NCBI GenBank assembly: GCA_017528315.1
Contig: JAFXOW010000003.1
Location: 95,222 to 159,221 of the forward strand
Direction: 5' to 3'
Length of the DNA stretch: 64,000 nucleotides
From: Bacilli bacterium
Lineage (GTDB): Bacteria; Bacillota_I; Bacilli_A; RF39; UBA660
How positions within the stretch are numbered: position 1 is the stretch's first letter; every line of letters begins with the position of its first letter. Position numbers and translations under genes: made by a program. The notes below the pieces were generated by a model. That model was not told where the DNA came from and ran no database searches. It saw nothing but the letters and a program-made list of their open reading frames with translations. Positions 59,510 through 64,000 of the stretch are shown one piece after another.

Positions 59510-59689
59510 ATGGAAGAAAATAGAGATATAATTACCGAAGAAAATTTAATATTTTTAGAAAATAGTGTTAAGAAATTAATTGATAATGGTAATGTAGAAC
59601 TAGCTAGGATAATGGCAAATAATATATCAAAGATCTTTGATGATAAAATAGAATCTTTTAAAATCAAATGTTTAAAAAAAGAGATTTAA
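59510..59689 (+). CDS. Hypothetical 59-aa protein (below the ORF-track cut-off)
   Basis: GGAGG RBS 9 nt upstream of the ATG. Translation MEENRDIITEENLIFLENSVKKLIDNGNVELARIMANNISKIFDDKIESFKIKCLKKEI. Confidence 0.4.
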   Translation: MEENRDIITEENLIFLENSVKKLIDNGNVELARIMANNISKIFDDKIESFKIKCLKKEI

Positions 59690-59744
59690 ATAAAGTTAAT
59701 TAAAACTACTTGAATTATTTTATAAATTATGATTAAATATAAAC

Positions 59745-59927
59745 ATAATTATTTAAGAAGTAGTAATTTATATTACTTTTGAAGAGAGTTAGTGGTTGGT
59801 GTAAACTAATAAAGATATATAAATGAACTTGTCTTTGTTACAATAATACGTTAATCCGCGTTAAGGAAATTTGAGTTAAAATAAGAATGGTACCGTCGTA
59901 AGACTTCTTTGGGCCATTCTTTTATTA
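59745..59927 (+). promoter_or_regulatory. T-box riboswitch leader, probable Leu specifier (CUU)
   Basis: GAAGUAGUA K-turn region, AGAGAG...UGGUUGGUGUAAAC distal elements and candidate specifier GAACUUG. T-box sequence AAUAAGAAUGGUACCGUCG. Terminator AAGAAUGG...CCAUUCUU followed by a U-run. Confidence 0.75.
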
Positions 59928-59944
59928 TAAATAAAGGAGGGTAT

Positions 59945-60322
59945 ATGAAAATATATGATTTATATTGGTTTATAGGAACTTTTTTAGTGGTTTACTTATT
60001 CTATTTATTTCATTATGTAGTTGGTAAAAAGAAAAAATATGATCCTAATAAAGTACCTTTAGAATTAGTGTTTTTAATAAAGAAATATCGACTGGATATG
60101 AAAACTATTAATTATAAAAAAATAATGAATACTATAGGAATTATTTGTGCCTTTGATATAGCTTTTACTAGTACCTTTATGTTTTGTTTTGTAAAAAGTA
60201 TTTATTTAGCAATATTAATAGGTGCACTTATGATAGTACCTTTAATAATAATTACATTTGATATTTTAGGAAAATATTATAAAAAGAAAGGAAAAAGAGA
60301 TAATGGAAACAAAAAAGATTGA
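59945..60322 (+). CDS. Small three-TM membrane protein, first gene of the leuS T-box operon (ATG 59945 follows AAAGGAGG)
   Basis: 125 aa with a basic C-terminus. It overlaps the leuS start by 20 nt. Confidence 0.55.
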   Translation: MKIYDLYWFIGTFLVVYLFYLFHYVVGKKKKYDPNKVPLELVFLIKKYRLDMKTINYKKIMNTIGIICAFDIAFTSTFMFCFVKSIYLAILIGALMIVPLIIITFDILGKYYKKKGKRDNGNKKD

Positions 60323-62702
60323 AAAGAAATGGCAAAATTATTGGAAAAAGAATCATACATTTGAAGCAAGCAATGAAAGTGATAAGAAAAAATATTATAT
60401 ATTAGTAGAATTTCCCTATCCAAGTGGAGCTGGACTTCATGTTGGTCATGTAAGAAGTTATGCATCTCTTGATGCTGTTGCAAGAAAAAAACGTATGGAA
60501 GGATACAATGTATTATTTCCTATGGGATGGGATGCATTTGGTGCTCCAGCTGAGCAATATGCTATAAAGAATCATATTCATCCAAGTATTGCAGTTAAGG
60601 AAAATATTAAAACTTTTAAAGGACAACTTCAAAGTTTGGGATTATCATTTGATTGGAGTAGAGAATTTGCAACAACTGATCCTAAATATTATAAGTGGAC
60701 TCAATGGCAATTTTTAAAATTTTATGAGGCAGGGCTTGCTTATAAAGATACTATTCCTGTTAATTGGTGTCCTAATTGTAAAAGTGTTTTATCTAATGAA
60801 GATGCATCAGGTGGGGTATGCGAAAGATGTGGAACAGGTGTTGTTCAAAAAGAAAAATCTCAATGGATGCTTGGAATGAAAAAGTATGCTGAAAGGTTGC
60901 TAGAAGGTCTTTCTGATACTGAATTTCAAGAAAAGACAAAACTTGCTCAAATAAACTGGATTGGTAAATCAATGGGTGCTGAAGTTGATTTTGCTATTGA
61001 TAATAGTGATGAAAAATTAAAAGTATATACCACTCGCCCGGATACTATTTTTGGAGTAACATTCATGGTAATTGCACCTGAACATCCAATTATAAATAAA
61101 TTAAGCGATAGGATTTTAAATTTTGATGAATTAAAGGAATATAAAGAATTTGCAAGTCATAAAAACGAAATGGAAAGAACTCAGTTAAATAAAGAAAAAA
61201 CAGGTGTTAAAATATTAGGTTTTTATGCAATTAATCCGATAACTCATGATAAAATACCAGTTTATGTATCAGATTATGTTATGATGAATTATGGAACTGG
61301 TGCTATAATGGCTGTTCCAGCTCATGATGAACGTGATTATGAGTTTGCTAAGAAATTTAATATTGATATTATTCCAGTTATTGAAGGCGGAGATATATCA
61401 CGTGAAGCCTATGTGGGAGACGGAGTAATGATTAATTCAGGATTTTTGAATGGTATTGATAATAAAAGAGATGCTATATTTGAAATGACTGAATACATGG
61501 AAAAAAATGGTATAGGTCATCGAAGTGTTAAATATCGTTTACAAGATTGGGTATTCTCTCGTCAAAGATTTTGGGGTGAACCAATTCCAATGATTTATTG
61601 TGATACTTGTGGTTGGGTTCCAGTTCCTTATAAAGATTTACCAGTTAAACTTCCAAATGTTGCGTCATACGAACCAACTGAAACTGGAGAAAGTCCGCTT
61701 GCTTCAATTGAAGAATTTGTTAATTGTAAGTGTCCAAAATGCTCTCGTCCTGCTAAACGTGAAACAGATACTATGCCTAATTGGGCAGGATCTAGTTGGT
61801 ATTGGCTTCGTTATATGGATCCAAATAATGATCAAGAATTTGTCTCACAGGAGGCACTTAATTACTGGGGAAAAGTTGATTGGTATAATGGTGGAATGGA
61901 ACATGCAACACGTCACCTTTTATATGCAAGATTTTGGAATAATTTCTTATATGACGAGGGCTTAGTTCCTAATGCTGAACCATTTCTGCTTCGTACATCT
62001 CATGGCATGATACTTGGTTCAAATGGAGAAAAAATGTCTAAATCAAAAGGCAATGTAATTAATCCCAATGATTGTGTTGATGAGTTTGGAGCAGATGCTT
62101 TACGTGTTTATGAAATGTTTATAGGTGACTATGAAAAAGAAGTTAATTGGAATACGGATAGTTTAAAAGGATGTAAAAAATTCTTAGATAGAGTTGAAAG
62201 ACTTGGTTCTAAATTAAAAGAAAGTAATAGATTATCAAAAGAAGTTGAAATTTTAACAAATAAAACTATTAAGAAAGTAAGTGAAGATTTAGATAATTTA
62301 AAATATAATACAGCTGTATCTAGTTTAATGATTTTATTAAATGAACTTGAAAAATTAGAAAGTATTACTACTAAAGATTATCGTACCCTTCTATTATTAC
62401 TTAATCCAATGGCTCCTCATATAACCGAGGAATTAAATGAGATTTATAAATTAGGTGAACCTCTTTGTGAATCAAGTTGGCCTAAGTATAATAAAGATAA
62501 GCTAGTTGACTCTAATGTTACAATTGCTATTCAAGTAAATGGAAAACTTCGTGGAACTATTGAGATACCACTTGATACCTCTGAAGAGGATATTAAAGAA
62601 ATTGCTCTTTCTAATGATAATGTTAAAAAACATATAGTTGGAAAAGAAGTTATTAAGATAATTGTAATTAAAAATAAAATAGTAAATATTGTTGTGAAAT
62701 AG
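60303..62702 (+). CDS. leuS: Leucine--tRNA ligase
   Basis: HVGH (HIGH), KMSKSKGN and the CP1 editing domain. Confidence 0.97.
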   Translation: METKKIEKKWQNYWKKNHTFEASNESDKKKYYILVEFPYPSGAGLHVGHVRSYASLDAVARKKRMEGYNVLFPMGWDAFGAPAEQYAIKNHIHPSIAVKENIKTFKGQLQSLGLSFDWSREFATTDPKYYKWTQWQFLKFYEAGLAYKDTIPVNWCPNCKSVLSNEDASGGVCERCGTGVVQKEKSQWMLGMKKYAERLLEGLSDTEFQEKTKLAQINWIGKSMGAEVDFAIDNSDEKLKVYTTRPDTIFGVTFMVIAPEHPIINKLSDRILNFDELKEYKEFASHKNEMERTQLNKEKTGVKILGFYAINPITHDKIPVYVSDYVMMNYGTGAIMAVPAHDERDYEFAKKFNIDIIPVIEGGDISREAYVGDGVMINSGFLNGIDNKRDAIFEMTEYMEKNGIGHRSVKYRLQDWVFSRQRFWGEPIPMIYCDTCGWVPVPYKDLPVKLPNVASYEPTETGESPLASIEEFVNCKCPKCSRPAKRETDTMPNWAGSSWYWLRYMDPNNDQEFVSQEALNYWGKVDWYNGGMEHATRHLLYARFWNNFLYDEGLVPNAEPFLLRTSHGMILGSNGEKMSKSKGNVINPNDCVDEFGADALRVYEMFIGDYEKEVNWNTDSLKGCKKFLDRVERLGSKLKESNRLSKEVEILTNKTIKKVSEDLDNLKYNTAVSSLMILLNELEKLESITTKDYRTLLLLLNPMAPHITEELNEIYKLGEPLCESSWPKYNKDKLVDSNVTIAIQVNGKLRGTIEIPLDTSEEDIKEIALSNDNVKKHIVGKEVIKIIVIKNKIVNIVVK

Positions 62703-62727
62703 ATTCTTTATGAATCTTTTTCTTTAC
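62701..62727 (+). terminator. Intrinsic terminator of leuS
   Basis: AGATTC-TTTATG-GAATCT followed by TTTTTCTTT. Confidence 0.6.
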
Positions 62728-62777
62728 ATTAAATTAAAGTTGATATATAATATAAAGCATTAAAAAAGGAGAAGATT

Positions 62778-63443
62778 ATGGAAAAAGATTTAACATTTGA
62801 AATATTAGTAGAAGAATTTAATAAAATAAATAGAAGTAGATTAACTTTAAAAAATTTAAAAAGAGAAAAAATTAGAAAAGAATTTGCATGTTGGTTACAA
62901 GAAAGAATGAAATATGGTTATAGATATCTTGATTTTTTATGTGAAATGAATGAGCATATTTTAGAAAGAACAACTGCTGAAGTAGGAAAAACTGAATACG
63001 ATTCTTTAGTTTTACCTTTTGATACAACAATTATTAGTCCTTATGAATTTAAAGAATTAGATGATAGAGAAAGACTTATTAATTCTAAATTTATGGTTTA
63101 TGAGGAAAAACCAGTTTTATATTTTGATAGACAAGAACAACCTACTCCTGTAGTTATACAAGAGCAAGGAATAAATACTTTTATGACACAAAACCCCTAT
63201 AGCCCCTACTCTACTTTATATTGGCATGATTTACATAATAGTGGTCACTTTGATATTGCAGTAGGTATTTATGGAAGTATTTATGATAGAAATATTAGGG
63301 AAAAATTAATCATCATGAAGAATTTAAAAGAAAAAATTATAGGTGATGATTATAAATACGACTTTAATTGTGATGGTGATATTTATTTTGCAGCCTTAGT
63401 TAGTGATCGAAAGATAAAAAAAATGAAATTTAAGACAAGATAA
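62778..63443 (+). CDS. Hypothetical 221-aa protein
   Basis: Promoter TTTACA-17-TATAAT and RBS AAAGGAG. No recognised motif. Confidence 0.5.
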   Translation: MEKDLTFEILVEEFNKINRSRLTLKNLKREKIRKEFACWLQERMKYGYRYLDFLCEMNEHILERTTAEVGKTEYDSLVLPFDTTIISPYEFKELDDRERLINSKFMVYEEKPVLYFDRQEQPTPVVIQEQGINTFMTQNPYSPYSTLYWHDLHNSGHFDIAVGIYGSIYDRNIREKLIIMKNLKEKIIGDDYKYDFNCDGDIYFAALVSDRKIKKMKFKTR

Positions 63444-63444
63444 A

Positions 63445-63475
63445 GTGTTTCTAGAAGAAATGCTTTTTTTAATAA
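63445..63475 (+). terminator. Intrinsic terminator
   Basis: GTGTTTCT-AGA-AGAAATGC (two G-U pairs) followed by T7. Confidence 0.5.
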
Positions 63476-63542
63476 ATTTTTGTTTAAAAAATAAAAAAAT
63501 GTGATATGATTATAATAGAAAGATATAGATTAGAGGTGACAT

Positions 63543-64000
63543 ATGATTTCTTTTTATGATAAATTAATAGATAATTTAGGTAATTATGAAGAAATAACTA
63601 ACTTGTTAGTTAGTTTTGATCATATGTTAGAACTTCTACATAATAATGGTCTATGTATATATGATTTTAATCCTAAAAAAATAATAATGTATGATAATAA
63701 ATTTACTTATAATTCATTTAATGATTTAATAAATGATATAGGAGTTTCAGAGAATATGAAAGCTCTTAATATATACCAATTAGCAAAAATTGGTTTAATG
63801 GCTTATAATAATCAAGTTATAGATGGTAAAATGAATCAAGAATATTTTGATTTTATTAAAGATAATTTGCATAACTTTAATGCAAATGGTCAAATACCTG
63901 AAGAGATAATGGAATATTATGGGGAAATATTTGAAAGATTAAATATAGAATATATGAATAACTATTTAATGGAAAAAAGGCAAGAGAAGAATGGTAATCA
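63543..64000 (+). CDS. Hypothetical protein, 5' part only (runs off the right edge)
   Basis: GAGGTGA RBS then ATG. The frame stays open to the window end (MISFYDKLIDNLGNYEEITNLL...). Confidence 0.45.
   Translation, partial: MISFYDKLIDNLGNYEEITNLLVSFDHMLELLHNNGLCIYDFNPKKIIMYDNKFTYNSFNDLINDIGVSENMKALNIYQLAKIGLMAYNNQVIDGKMNQEYFDFIKDNLHNFNANGQIPEEIMEYYGEIFERLNIEYMNNYLMEKRQEKNGN

Noticed and set aside
61600-61965. A 121-aa same-strand alternative-frame ORF inside leuS.
   Set aside because: It is embedded in a conserved region of leuS. There is no independent RBS or motif, so it is most likely a chance open frame.
63543-64000. Possible kinase-like catalytic-loop remnant (LHNNGLCIYDFNPKKII) in the truncated last ORF.
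   Set aside because: There is no Gly-rich loop or VAIK lysine upstream, and the match is a few residues only. The gene is incomplete in this window.

Overview
Very AT-rich, endospore-former-type Bacillota chromosome centred on the replication origin. Gene orientation flips at oriC. Everything left of about 33.0 kb is on the minus strand: ftsH, tilS, divIC, yabQ, yabP, spoVG, tatD, metG, spoVT, mfd, pth, yaaT, holB, bofA, recR, ybaB, dnaX, tadA, gyrA, gyrB, recF, dnaN, dnaA. Almost everything to the right is on the plus strand: rpmH, rnpA, yidC, jag, mnmE, mnmG, rsmG, noc, soj, spo0J, ychF, leuS. The order parallels the B. subtilis 0-degree region. oriC is bipartite, with 14 DnaA boxes upstream of dnaA and 7 in the dnaA-dnaN spacer. 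Non-coding elements I can support are a compact SRP (4.5S-like) RNA, two T-box leaders (Met and Leu) and many hairpin plus T-run terminators. I saw no rRNA, tRNA, CRISPR array, transposase or integrase. The housekeeping backbone is interrupted by several accessory insertions. (1) Three tandem secreted paralogues with TasA/camelysin-like (SipW-type) N-termini and mosaic conserved and variable blocks. (2) A ComK homologue between dnaN and recF. (3) A nucleotidyltransferase plus alkaline-phosphatase-superfamily two-gene cassette between jag and mnmE. (4) A Noc protein split by an Asn-rich, prion-like insertion of about 470 aa. (5) A probably leaderless HExxH protein between noc and soj. (6) Several unknown membrane proteins. 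The strongest sequence-level signal is regulatory. The comK-like gene and the nucleotidyltransferase cassette share the same promoter layout: two perfect Spo0A 0A boxes (TGTCGAA, as TTCGACAAA), with the proximal box exactly 11 nt from the -10 hexamer. All functional calls come from motifs and recalled family signatures; no database search was possible.
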